Source of the DNA: Mustelus asterias | Lineage: Eukaryota | DNA: 64,000 nucleotides | Assembly: GCF_964213995.1 (NCBI RefSeq) | Contig: NC_135830.1 | Location: forward strand, 4,712,001-4,776,000 | Reading direction: 5' to 3' | In this document: positions 36,343 through 48,880 of the stretch, piece by piece | How the letters are laid out: the number at the start of each line of letters is the position of its first letter | Position numbering within the stretch: position 1 is the first letter of the stretch | Program-made: the position numbers and the translations under genes | The notes under the pieces: generated by a model | Told to the model about the DNA's origin: nothing | What the model saw: only the letters and a program-made list of their open reading frames with translations | The model's database searches: none

Positions 36343-38883
36343 GGTGGTTGTCCTTTTATTTTCCCCACAAGTATTCAGTGTCGCGCAGTTCCGGCTTGTG
36401 AACCTAGGCAACAATAAAAATATTTCTCAAGTGTTGCCGCTCGACTGTTGTCAGGTGTTGTCAACATTATTTATTTAATGAATATTCATATCATACATAT
36501 CACATGGTATAATATATATTGATTTCAAATATGCAATTAAAGTTAAGAATTAGAGTCTTGGCTGGATGGGTTTGTGTGTCAGTTCTCCGATGCGTCCTCA
36601 TCTGAGACTGGGAAACAATCTCTCAGTATTCTGTCGGTTCAATAAGATTGCCTCTCAGTATTCTAAACTCCAGGGAATTTCAGCCCAATTTACACAGACT
36701 CTCATCCCAGGAGAACTCTCTCATCACAGGAACCCATCAGGGTTTCCAAATGAAGGGTAGCCTTTAAAAAAGAAGCATTGTGGATATCAAAAACGCACCG
36801 AATATTTCACACTTGCTCCCAACAAAATCCTGTATAAATGTAAGTTGGCGTTTTTATTCTTATACAGCAATCTGTTGGCAATAAGGACCAAAATGCCATT
36901 TCCCTTCCTATTGTTTGCTGCACCACCATGCTATCTTCCTGCGTTCCTTGTACAAACACACCCAAATCTCTTTCAACATAAAAGCTTATAACTAGGAAAG
37001 ACGATGGCCTAGTGGGATTAACGGGAGACTATTAATCCAGGACCTCACCCAATTTTATGGGATCCCGGTTTTGAATCCTGCCACGGCACGTTGTGCAATT
37101 TGTATTCAATAAAAACTATCTGGAATTAAGAATCTACTGATGACCATGAAACCATTGTCGATTGTCGGAAAAATAAACATGGAGTTCGGTAATGCGCTTT
37201 AGGGAAGGAAATCTGCCGTCGCTTATACGGCATGGCCAACATTGATTCCAGAGCTGCAGCAAAGCGGTTGACTCCAAACTGTCCCAGGGCAACCAGGATG
37301 GACCATAAATGCTGGCCAGCCAGCGACGCCCATTTCTAATGAATTAATAAAGAACTAGGTCACCTTTGCAAACATTGCCTGCTCTTTCTCCATTTACGAA
37401 CAAGAGAATATATTTTTGGGCAACATGGTGGCACTGCTGCCTCACAGCGCCAGGGACCCGGTTTTGATTCCCGGCATTGGTTACTGTCTGTGCAGAGTCT
37501 GCATGTTTTCCCCGTGTTGCGTGGGTTTCCTGCGGGTGCTCCTTCTTACTCCCACAGACTGAAAGATGTGCTGGTTAGGTGCATTTGCCATGCTAAATTC
37601 GCTCTCAATTTACCCGAGGAGGTGCCGGTTCTGCCGACGAGGGAATTGTCACAGTAACTTCATTGCGGTGTTAATGTAAGCTTAATTGTGCCACTAATAA
37701 AAAACCTTTAAATTGCTCAACATTATACCCGATGTGCTCCAACCACTGAGCCACGGAGCCAATTCCTGCGCCTCGTGCGGAGTTAGTGTATCATCATCAG
37801 TGGAGCGAAGAAGAGGTTGAATTTTCAGGTGGGTGATATTTGATGGATGTGGAAATATCCGAGGTGGAGAACAAGGAGTTAATCGATGCGATTTGAAAGA
37901 GGAAGGATTTGACATGTGTGACAGTTGCTTTTGTGGTAAATGTCTGCCGTGTCATTCTTCTTCAGAGTTTATTGCTGTTGTTACATCTCTGATTTTTCCA
38001 GCTCTGATACAATTCATCTCAGTGGTTGGAACACATCGGGTATAATGTTGGACAATTCGTTTACTGAAGAGTTAAATAAGAAGTTATTCACTACTTGCCT
38101 GGCAGTCCAACGCGGAACATGGCGCCGAGTCCTAACCACGGGACGCCAGGAAAGCAGATATCAGAGATTTGAAATTCGTTGATAACCATCTCTGTCTTCA
38201 CTGCTCCGTTTCAGGTCACTTTCGTTACTGACATTGTCACACAGTCATTCCAACATCATGTAACCAACTGAAGTAAATTATGTCTTCTTCCTTTATTTTC
38301 AGATACTTTCAACTCCAGAAATTCAGTACGTGCTGAGCAAAGTGCTCTGTTTAGTTAACAGTTTGTCATTAATTCCGGGCCATAGCGGTGGAAACATTGA
38401 CTGTGAACCACTAGACCACCCAGGCCGTACTATCACTGGCTCAATGTTGCCTTGCCCACCATTCCTGGTGTCATGAAATTCATCCTACCTTCTGATCTAT
38501 CACAGAAATTCCTTTTGTTCCTTTCACTGAGTGATTCCTGACTTTGCAATCAGAAAATACTGGGAACACTCAGTAGGTCGTTTCATTTCTTCGTGACAAA
38601 CGCGCAACTAATTCCAATACTCGAATCCTCTGAAATTAAAAGCATTTGGAAATGTTTCTGTGAAGGCAAAATACTGCGGATGCTGGAACCTGAACAAAAA
38701 TAAAAAAATGCTGGAAAATCTCAGCAGGTCTGACAGCCTCTGTAGAGAGAGAATAGAGCCAACATTTCGAGTCCGGAGCTCTGACGAAGGGTCATCCAGA
38801 CTTAAAACGTTGGGTCTATTCTCTCTCCACAGATGCTGTCAGGTTTGTTTAGATCTTGCAACCTTTTCTCTTTATGATGAAAG

Positions 38884-38955
38884 TATTTCTGCCGGAATCA
38901 AACGGGGGACCTTTCGCGTATAAGGCCAATGTGACAACCACTACACCACAGAAAC
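38884..38955 (-). pseudogene. tRNA-Val pseudogene
   Basis: GTTTCTGTGGTGTAGTGGTTGTCACATTGGCCTTATACGCGAAAGGTCCCCCG... on the minus strand; related copy at 59990-60060 (+). Confidence 0.65.
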
Positions 38956-40251
38956 ATTGCGATGCAATGATTCAAGGAAACTGGTTCCAACAATTGCCAA
39001 CAATAATTTGCATTTGAGTTGCATGGAATTCGTGTGATAACAAAGGTATTTCGCAAAGTTAATTAACTGGACATATAGCAGTGGTGAGATTCGAACACAC
39101 GCTTCAACTAATATTACTGTTCTGTAAGTAGTCTCACGGCACCAGGTTAAAGTCCAACAGGAAAGCTTGTGCTACCAAATAAACATGTTGGATTTTAACC
39201 TGGTGTTGTGAGACTACTTACTGTGCTTACCCTAGTCCAACGCCGGCAACTCCACACCATTACTGCCCTGAACTCTACCAGCAGAACCTATTGATGCCGT
39301 ATCTGGTGTTGCCAATGAATAGAGTCAATGGAGTAGAATTGGGTCACATGTTCCATTGTGCCTCCTCCACGATTGAATAAAGGCAGATCCATAGCCTCAA
39401 CTCCAATTTCCCAGTTTATCCCGATTGCCCTTCATTCAATTAGATTCCAACAGCTCTCCACCTCAACCTTCAACGTCTTCATCAACTGAAGATCCACAGA
39501 CCTCTGTGCGGCTACAGAATTGATGCAGGATGGCGCCCGAGCGAGGCTACCTCTTGCAAGCTGTGCCCTGCATACCTTCTAATTCTATCTTTCACTCTCG
39601 TTCTATGCTTCTAAAACTTCATTCTAACTATTTTAAAGTCTCCAACAATGCTTTAAATCAATTTCTTACAATCTAGCTTTGATTGGAATACTACATTCTG
39701 CACTCTCTCATTTCCTTCTCTATGAACGGTATGCTTTCTCTGTGAAGCACGTAAGAAACAATACTTTTCACTGTATGCTAATACATGTGATAATAAATCA
39801 AAGAATTCCAAAGATTCACAAGCCTTTGAGTGAAAAAATGTCTCCGTACCTCATTCAAAAATAGCTGAAACATCATCCAGAGAATATTAGCCCAGAGTAC
39901 CTTACTGAGGCACTTTTTGTCACCGTATAACCGTAACATCACTCACTTGCCATGGCAAATCCATCTAGCCTACATCAACTGCACCGTGAGTGTGACAGTC
40001 GAAGTAGAAAAGCAACAGTATGTCAGTGGCGACTTTGCTGAGGGCATTTTTTAAATAAATGGTGAAGAACAAATTAACATTTTGTCTGCTCCAATCCAGT
40101 TCATATGCAACACCGACCTAGAATCAGGGAAATTTTTTTTAAAATATTAATTTTGATTATGTTTCCACCTTATTTTGAATCGAGGAGCCCATCGTATATG
40201 AAATGAACATGTTAACTCCTCCAATCCAGGAACTCTGCTCATGACCAATGT

Positions 40252-40570
40252 ATCAAGTCTTTAAGAAACAAAACAACGTGAGTAGAGAGAGCATCAAGAC
40301 AGGCTAAAAAGATGTGTATTGTCTCCAGACAAGACAGCCAGTGAAACTCTGCAGGTCCAGGAATCTATTCCAACCATTATTCATGTAAATTGAGTTTGTC
40401 TCCTTATATGCCCTGTTTGTGAACATAATTCCCACTCACCTGAAGAAGGGGCTTGGAGCTCCGAAAGCTTGTGTGGCTTTTGCTACCAAATAAACCTGTT
40501 GGACTTTAACCTGGTGTTGTTAAACTTCTTACTGTGTTTACCCCAGTCCAACGACGGCATCTCCACATCA
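40252..40570. mobile_element. Short Penelope-like insertion with hammerhead motif (40437-40473, +)
   Basis: Flanking duplication TCATGACCAATGT at 40239-40251 and 40568-40580; CAC-CTGAAGA-AGGGGC TTGGA GCTCC-GAAA-GCTT-GTG. Confidence 0.75.
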
Positions 40571-41591
40571 TGACCAATGTGACCAGCCGAGAATATCAGA
40601 TTGCAATGTAAATACTTGTTTTGTAGAATTTTAATTCTGTTGAATACCTTACCCATGTGGCAGAGTCATTGATCTAACATAAGATTCAGAAAGTAACATT
40701 TGCCCCGAATTTTATCTCTGTCTCCATGACTGCAGTTGCCGAATATTATTCAAGTATTGGGCAAGTGTAAGTGCCGCATGGCTGTGAAATAATGTGATGC
40801 CTTAATATTTAATAACACTTAGCGATGTGACAGCTGCTTTGAAAAGGTTTTGTCAGTTTTTTTGAACACTATAGTCAGTATCCTTCAGGAACACAGGTGA
40901 CATATGGAAGTGTTTAAAATTTGATGCGTGTCCACAGATTCTGCCAAACCTGCTGAGAATTTCCACCATCTGATGCGTGTATTATAAATAAAGGTTTTGT
41001 CAGAACATAAAACACACCGCAAGACGGCAATGATAAATGAAATAGTCCCACAAGCTGTTCACGCGTAACTTTCAATTTCCAAAACACACCAATCTCATCA
41101 TTGCTGATCCTGTGAAACTTATATAAAACACGGCAGGCATTCTTCTCTCAAAGAAACTCAAATGTGAATTATCTGCTCTCAATCTCAGGACGTTGCAATT
41201 ATAAAAACAGCATTCTGGTGAAAGTTTAGCTCAGTCCTCATTCCACTGATTATTGCCGACTTGCTGTGTATTTCCCTCGTTGAACACATTTCAGGTTGGG
41301 ACAGACAAATTCCTGATCTATCTGAGAAAGAAGGGGAGTGTGCAGGATAATGGCAACCCAAGATCAAACATGGGTTAAAGTTTCGAGTTCAGTTATTGAG
41401 TTTAATAATATTTGAAATATATAAATTGTTACAAATAATATGTTAGAGATAAATGTTCAATAAATTAACGTCGGCTAACAGCAGAGGCAGAAACACACGA
41501 TAAGCTTTTTTTAGTGTTGCCCAAGGACTCAGTGACACTCAAAACCGAAGAGACAATGAAAGCAGATGGAGAGAAAAAAAGGTGAAATCAC

Positions 41592-41665
41592 CGACCCTGG
41601 ATGGATTCGAACCACCAATCTTTCGGTTAACAGCCGAACGCGCTAACCAATTGCGCCACAGAGAC
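41592..41665 (-). tRNA. tRNA-Asn(GTT), near-canonical
   Basis: GTCTCTGTGGCGCAATTGGTTAGCGCGTTCGGCTGTTAACCGAAAGATTGGTGGTTCGAATCCATCCAGGGTCG; a few substitutions; T-run terminator. Confidence 0.85.
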
Positions 41666-42679
41666 TGACACAATGGGCACCAACATGGCATCCTTAATCA
41701 GGGTGGCAGCGTGTTGGCTGCAAATTCGACGCCAATGCAATTTTCACGAAACCTGACACAGAAAGACCAAATGATGGTATCGTTTACAAATCTAAACATG
41801 TAGATTTTACTATTTTACCCCACAGTGTTCACGTTTTACCCCAAGTACTGTTCACGTTTAGTTCAAAATTGCACTCAAATTAATTACCTGTAATAAACGC
41901 TTCAAACATTGCACAGATACCGAATAACCACATTGCTGTTTGTCTTTACGCCTATTTACTTAGAAACCTGCAGACACTGACAATATGTCACCGCTGGTTC
42001 TACCAGTATTGAGGCTCGGTGTCTCCTGTTCCCGCTCATATGTCATGACATTCTGTGTTTGGCGTAGGGTACAGCCACCAGTCTCCTGACAATCGGACAG
42101 TAACTGATCCAAATGCACAAACTGCAAAGATTGAAATTTCAAACGGGATAATGATATTCAGAAGGAAGTAACATTTACCATTCAATGACATCAATGCACA
42201 ATGCCGCAATTCACACACTGAGTGTGTGTGAACGCACAGTAATCGCTGACACTGCTGAAAACTCGAATTCCTTTTGTTTAACAGCAATATATTGAAGTTC
42301 ACTGACGTCGTATGTACGTCATAGCGAACACAGAATATGACACACATTGATAACTTGCAGGGAATATATTATAAATAACGGATCTTTCATCAATGTTTAG
42401 TTCATGCAGGATTTTTAGAATCCGGGATTAATATTACACACATTCAAAGGGATTTATAAGTTTCTAGTTTGACTTATGGACAATTCTGCTAAACTTTCAG
42501 TTAGCAATTGTCCAGCAGAGTTTTTTTTTTACCTTACGTCCTCGCTGTGAACATAACTTGCAAAATCAGTCTTCCAATGAATGAAATGCTCACTCTGTCA
42601 CCTTTACGGGAATGAAGATTCCTTGAGGAAAAAAAAGTGCACCGTTGTCAGTTTAACCGCTAACGTTATTATAAATTAT

Positions 42680-43527
42680 TTGGACCAACTAGAAAAATGG
42701 GCTGAAAAATGGCAAATGGAATTTAACGCAGACAAGTGTGAGATATTGCACTTTGGAAGGACAAACCAAAGAAGAACGTAGGATGGTAGGACTCTGAAGA
42801 GTGCAGTTGAACAGAGGGATCTGGGAATACAGGTACAGAATTCCCTAAAAGTGACGTCACAGGTGGATAGGGTCGTAAAGAGTGCCTTTGGTACATTGGC
42901 CTTTATAAATCGGAGTATCGAGTATAAAAGTTGGAGTGTTATGGTAAGGTTATATAAGGCATTGGTGAGGCCGAATTTGGAGTATTGTGTACAGTTTTGG
43001 TCACCTAGTTACAGGAAGGATGTAAATAAGATTGAAAGAGTGCAGAGAAGGTTCACAAGGATGTTGCCGGGACTTGAGAAGCTGAGTTACAGAGAGAGAT
43101 TGAATAGGTTGGGACGTTATTCCCTTGAGCGTAGAAGATTGAGGGGAGATTTGATAGAGGTGTATAAGATTTTGATGGGTATAGATAGAGTGAATGCAAG
43201 CAGGCTTTTTCTGCTGAGGCGAGGGGAGAAAAAAACCCGAGGGCATGGGTTAAGGGTGAAAGGAGAAAAGTTTAAAGGGAATATTAGGGGGGGCTTCTTC
43301 ACGCAGAGAGTGGTGGGAGTGTGGAATGAGCTGCCAGATAAAGTGGTAAATGCGGGGTCACTTTTAACATTTAAGAAAAACTTGGACGGGTTCATGGATG
43401 AGAGGGGTGTGGAGGGATATGGTCCAAGTGCAGGTCAGTGGGACTAGGCATAAAATGGTTCGGCACAGACAAGAAGGGCCAAAAGGCCTGTTTCTGAGCT
43501 GTAATTTTCTATGGTTCTATGGTTCTA
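42680..43527 (+). mobile_element. CR1 LINE 3' fragment, near-identical to 54311-55157
   Basis: ORF 42851-43447 (RPNLEYCVQFWSP...RGDLIEVYK...VWNELP); (TTCTATGG) tail. Confidence 0.92.
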
Positions 43528-44559
43528 AAGCGAGGTCGGGAGGTGGAGCTTCTCGCTGCTGCCATAACCTGAGATTGGCAGTTGCGGTCCCAGTTACCTC
43601 AGTCAGATACATGTGCACTTCCGGTTCTAACGGAAGTTTCCCATCTACATGTAACTCCTGATAGAAACAGTGACCAGGTGTAAGGATGTGTAATTCTCTA
43701 CTGAAGATGATTCATGGAAAAATATTCAGCTACTGCAAATGCTACTGAGACCACAGATTTCCGCTCCTAAGTTCATTCTGATGATCAGATTATCTAATTC
43801 CATTTGAAGCAATTGAAACATAAAGTAGACGAATCAAAATCAGAACAGAGAAGGGGAAATGTTTTAACAGGGCATATGAAACACCAACACTTCGTGTGAC
43901 GTCAGCTTTCGAGACGAAGAAAAACTTTTAGCGCTTTATAGTGTTCATTATCTGCAGCAAATTCCTCAGATAAATCATTAAAAGTTTATCAATTTTGGAG
44001 AATTGGAAACTGGAAACAAATACATTTGAGCACCACGAGTTATCCTAAAGCACGTGACAGCCAATCTGGTACTTTCGCAATGCAGTCACTGTTGCAATGT
44101 CTCGAAAATAACTTCCCTTATCGAGGAGACAGTGGGCATGTGACAATGTCACTCCGCACATTAGTCAGAGGGCCACGTTAATCTTCCACACCAATTGATT
44201 CAATTCTAACATTTGAAACTGGTAAACGTTAAATTAACACAGTCTGTGATTGAAAATTAACACCAATAATGGTGATCGTGAATTTTCATCGTTTGACTTG
44301 GAAAATTAATTTACTCAGCAATGTCCTTCAGGGCGTCAGACGAGGACATCGCCATCTTTCCTTAACCTGACCGACATGCGACTCCAGATTGACTCTTCAC
44401 TACTCTCTGAACCCAGTAGCAAGCCATTTACTTTCAGGACAATTAGGGATCCATGGAATGCATGCGATCCCTGCAGTGCAGATGGTGGCCAATTGGCCCA
44501 TCGCGTCTGCGCACATTCTCCGAAAGAGCGTGTAATGTCACACATCACCTGGAACTGTT

Positions 44560-44598
44560 AGTTTTTGTACGAGTGTTAAGGCTCGATGTAACGTGGTG
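44560..44598 (-). other. 23-spacer recombination signal sequence of the TCR V
   Basis: Heptamer CACCACG (non-consensus, CAC kept) + exactly 23 nt + nonamer ACAAAAACT. Confidence 0.75.
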
Positions 44599-44906
44599 CT
44601 TCATCGCCGCGCAGTAATACACGGCTGAGTCAGAAATCTGAGTGTCTGTGATGTTCAAAAGGATGTTTGTGTTCATTTTATCCTGTACAGCAGAAAACCG
44701 CTTTCCAAATGTAGGCGCGTTCTCTTCATTACCAGCAGTATGTCTGACCAGCATGTACTGATGGCCCTGTCCCGAGTACTGTACGTACCAATATAGGTAA
44801 GCTGCTGTGTATGTGGTGGGGTAGTGACAGGACAACATCAGGGGACTCCCTTCACTCACTGCTACTACTGTGGGCTTTTGGAAAAGTTTATCCAGCTGGC
44901 TCTGCG
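44599..44906 (-). CDS. T-cell receptor alpha/delta-type V gene segment, unrearranged (functional or pseudo)
   Basis: Pyrimidine tract + CCAG acceptor; open frame QSQLDKLFQKPTVVAVSEGSPLMLSC...YLYWYVQY...RFSA...SDSAVYYCAAM; followed by an RSS. Confidence 0.85.
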
Positions 44907-45099
44907 CTGGAAAAAATAACAGAATGTGACAAACATAACTCTTAGATGTGTTTTTGATTTAAAATGAAATACGTTTTGAGCACAATTTTTCTCTCTCTCG
45001 AACGCATACACTCTTACAGTCAAAACTACACACATTATCTCTCCCTCTCTTTCTGTCACATACAATCACAAAAAGATATTCTCTCTTTCGCCACATAGG

Positions 45100-45261
45100 T
45101 TCCCTCCTACAGACAAAAACAGGTGCAGTTACACACCGACACGCACAGAAACTCACAAAACGCAGGGACACAAACAAAGACACACAGACATCCACACATA
45201 GTCAGGCACGCGCAGACACACAGCCAAAAACATATGCACAGACAGACAGACAGACAGACAC

Positions 45262-45301
<40 letters not shown>

Positions 45302-45310
45302 AAAACACAC
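45100..45310. repeat. (CA)n/(CAGA)n microsatellite and CA-rich tract
   Basis: Direct inspection; also (GT)n(GA)n at 45980-46020. Confidence 0.9.
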
Positions 45311-45705
45311 TTAGACAGATATACAAATAATAACGCGGGCTCTTATTCACTAATCTACTGAAATTTAGCGATGGACTGCATTCCGTGAGTGAAATTAAAA
45401 TGGGGGAATGTTCAGAGATTTATTTCCTGAGCTAACTGGCCCCAGACGATTAACGTTGCAATTTTCTTCTGGGTACATTCATCAGCCAAGGCTGCCCTTC
45501 TCGGGGAAGCAAAACCCCTCCCCCAGACCGGCCGTTCTGACTGAGATAGTTCAGTTTGATTTTCCATTAAATGGACTCGGGGCATTCATGGGTCCAAGAG
45601 CAAAACTCGAGGAGCCAGGCCTCCCCAATGAGGGGAATAAATATTAGAGGAAAATCGAAAAAACATCAACGAAATAAAACGGTGATAATCGCCCGAAATA
45701 CTCAC

Positions 45706-45751
45706 TCGTTTGAAGGATCATGAGCAAATGTAATAGGTTGGCGGATAGTGT
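45706..45751 (-). other. Candidate leader exon for the TCR V, expected start codon absent
   Basis: (T)LSANLLHLLMILQT then phase-1 GTGAGT donor compatible with the V exon; ACA where ATG would be expected; upstream in-frame TAA. Confidence 0.4.
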
Positions 45752-45979
45752 TCGGGGCCGGCAATCACAATGAGGATCAGAAGGCTTGTTTGTGCTGAAT
45801 ATTACGTCCAAATTCTATACTGTATGGAAATGTACGATGCACATTCAATCAATTTGATACGTCCTATTACCGCATTTACCAGCACATGACCATGAATCCC
45901 ATACACAACATGCAAACTGCGATTGCCAGCTAACTTTTCTGACGTGTTCAGGCAGCCAATTGGTGCGGTGTTGCGGCTT

Positions 45980-46020
<41 letters not shown>

Positions 46021-46079
46021 TTGGGCGGGTGGTGGAGGCGGGCCTGGAGCGGTTGGGGGCTAGAGGGATGGGCTTAAGG

Positions 46080-47050
46080 GTAGTCATGGCAGGAGAGCTT
46101 GCACCTACGAATGTTCGATATGGCAACAGTGCAAGTTTCAGGTGTCACTAGGTGACCAGGTGTTCAGGAAGTGTGTCCAAACGTAGCAACTGGCTAACCA
46201 CATTTCGAAGCTGAGGCTGAGAAGATTCAATGTGGGGCATCCCCATAGCTGAGCAAGTCGTCGATAACACGTTCCGAAAGTGACCAAACCGCAGGTGAAG
46301 GTTGAAAAGGCAGAAAGCCCATGGGTGACCACGAGGCGGAGTAGAGGAAGGAAGGTAGTTCAGGACTGGCCTGTGGTCATCTGGCAGCTTTAACGTTTTG
46401 GCTACTGTTTCTTTCGCGGCGGAGGGTGGGTGGGGGGGGGGGGGGGAGGTGGGGGAGGGGGGCGGGGGGACTGCTCTACTGATTCTTTCGCGGTGGAGCG
46501 GGAGGGGGGCTGAATGTGCCGGGGAAAGCAGTGAAAGTCAACGTCGTGGCAACATGCATGGGTCTGCTGCACAATAGGTGAGGAGGAAAATGGCATTGCT
46601 ATAGAGGGAGGGATTCAATCCTATGGAGAAAAGACTTAACATTTCTGGGATGGTTTGCTGCCTCACTAGTGCCAGGGTCAGAATGTCAGTAAACGGCTGC
46701 AACTTTTTCTGAAGGTGGAGGGGGTGGGGGAGGGTGGAGGGGGTGGAGATGGCTACAGAAACCGTGGTAAGTATTGATTTCAACTAAATAATAGAACAAG
46801 CGAGGAAATTCTGCAAGCAGAGTTCAGGGAGTCAAGAAGTAGATCAAATAAAAAATAAAAAACAGAAGTTCGTAATCACGGTGCCACGTGCCAGTGAGTG
46901 TAGAAATAGGTGGTTACTTCAGACGAGTGCACGTCTGGAGAATAGGTGCAGAAGTGAGGCCTTCAGACTTCCAGAGCTCTGGAACTGTTCTGGGAGACGG
47001 CAGGACCTGTGCAAGGAGGTCGGTTTGCAACTGAACCGAAATTGGAATGG
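46080..47050 (+). mobile_element. Degenerate CR1 ORF1 (esterase-type) fragment
   Basis: Remnant GDS and VCCL..ARV-like motifs (GGGATTCAATC; GGTTTGCTGCCTCACTAGTGCCAGGGTC). Confidence 0.45.
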
Positions 47051-47679
47051 CTACCAGTATATTGGTTTCAATAGTGTAAAATTCCCTCGATGCAGGAATA
47101 GTTGTGGTGGATTGAAAATATGCAAATACAACGTCCTAACTCTTTAAACTCGGTTTGACGGACATCGTCAAATCTGAAAATGTTTCTCTCACTCACGGGT
47201 GCAGCTTATTTTGTTTCAAGTCAGAATCCTAAATGCATTTATTTTTCTCAATTAAAGGAGCTTCTCATTATCAATCCACACCAGACTGGAATGTAAAACT
47301 GTGAATCTCATGTCCCCAGCAGATCAGACTTGGCTCTGTGAAGAGAGAAACAGATGATCAGGTGACCTTTCATCTGAACTGAAAGAGAAATGTAATACTT
47401 TATTACCAAATGAAAAGGGGACACGTTAAAGCCAGGAGAAATCAAAATTGAGTTCAACATTTGATATATTAATCTGTCTTATTTTCATTCGCACTTCTTT
47501 CCCCATTCATTTGTCTCTTACTTTATGTTGCTTGAATCCCTTCCCGCAATCCCCGCATTATCACAGTTTCTGCTCAGTTTGGTTGTGCCTTTTGTTTCCT
47601 TGATAGGTCGGATTATCAGCAGAGGCGTTGGTCACTGACAGAGGACATGTTGCATTTCTCCTCACTGTGAACTGTGCTT

Positions 47680-48880
47680 AGTCATAGAGTCGTACAGCGC
47701 AGTAGAGACGGTTTGGCCCATCGAGTGTACAACAACAATAACTGCCACGAACATCGCGCTAATCCCATTTTCTAGCACGTGTCCCATATCCTTGAATGCT
47801 ATGATTTTTCAAGTGTTCATCCAGATACTTTTTAAAGTTTATAACTTTTCCGGCCTCCAATAATACCTTCCCAGGCGCTGTACTGCATATTCCCCCAACC
47901 TCTTCGTGAAAAAAAAATACTTGCTGAATCTCTAGCCCCTTAGCTTAAAACTATGCCCCCTCGTGATTAACATCTCAACAAAGGGGAAGAGCTGCTTTCC
48001 CTTCACCCTGTCCATGAACCTCAAACATATACGCCACAATCAGCCCCCGCAATCCCTCAGCCTTCTCTGTTCAAAGGAAAATAATCCAACCCTATCCACT
48101 TCCCCCTTTTCGCTCAAATGTTCCGTCCCAGGAAAAATCTTGGTGAATCTGCTCTGTTCCCCTATTCGTATAATCACATCCTTCCTACAGTGAGCTGGCC
48201 AGAACTGCGCACAGTATTCCAGCTCTGGCCTAACCACCGCGCTGTACAACTCCAACGTTAACTCCTTGCCCTTATATTCTATGCCACGACTGATAAAAAC
48301 AAGTGTCCCTTATGCCGTCGTAGCTATCCTATTCAACTGCTCTGCCACCTTCAGGGATCCGTTTATAAGTATTCCTAATCCACATGTTCCTCTGAGCTTC
48401 CTAATGTCCTGCGATTCATTAAATAGTCACCTGTGTTATTATTTCTTCCAAAGTGCATTACCTCGCACTTATCCGGTTTATACACCATCTGCCACTGTTG
48501 GTTCCATCTGACCAACCTATCGAGACCTTCCTTGAACATAGGGTTTTCGTCTTCAATATTAACCACGCCAACAATCTTTGCACCAGCTGCAAACTTGCTT
48601 ATAATTCCCCTCAAATTATCATCTATATTATTTATGCATGTAACAAACAAAAAGCGTCTCAGCACTGAAACCTATAGTAGGCCACTTTGCTCTAACCTCC
48701 ATTCATTCGAACAGACTTCTACCACTGCCCTATGTGTCCTATTATGAAGACATTTTCGGATCCATCTCGCCCAGTTTCCTGAATTCCAAGTGCTCCTATA
48801 TTCTCAATCAGCCTCCCCTGTGGGACCTTCTCAGTGCTTTGCTCGAACAAAACAAACTAGATCAACTGCACTTCCCTCAA
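47680..48880 (-). mobile_element. Degenerate CR1 LINE RT/3' fragment
   Basis: RPELEYCAQFW, ISKFA...KCEVMHFG motifs. Confidence 0.8.

Noticed and set aside
38770-38815. Additional hammerhead-like motifs (also ~14510-14540, 29750, 34226, 59090)
   Set aside because: Core nucleotides or stem I are mutated; inactive relics of Penelope-derived repeats
41821-41860. CACAGTG heptamer downstream of the TCR V
   Set aside because: No nonamer at 12- or 23-nt spacing
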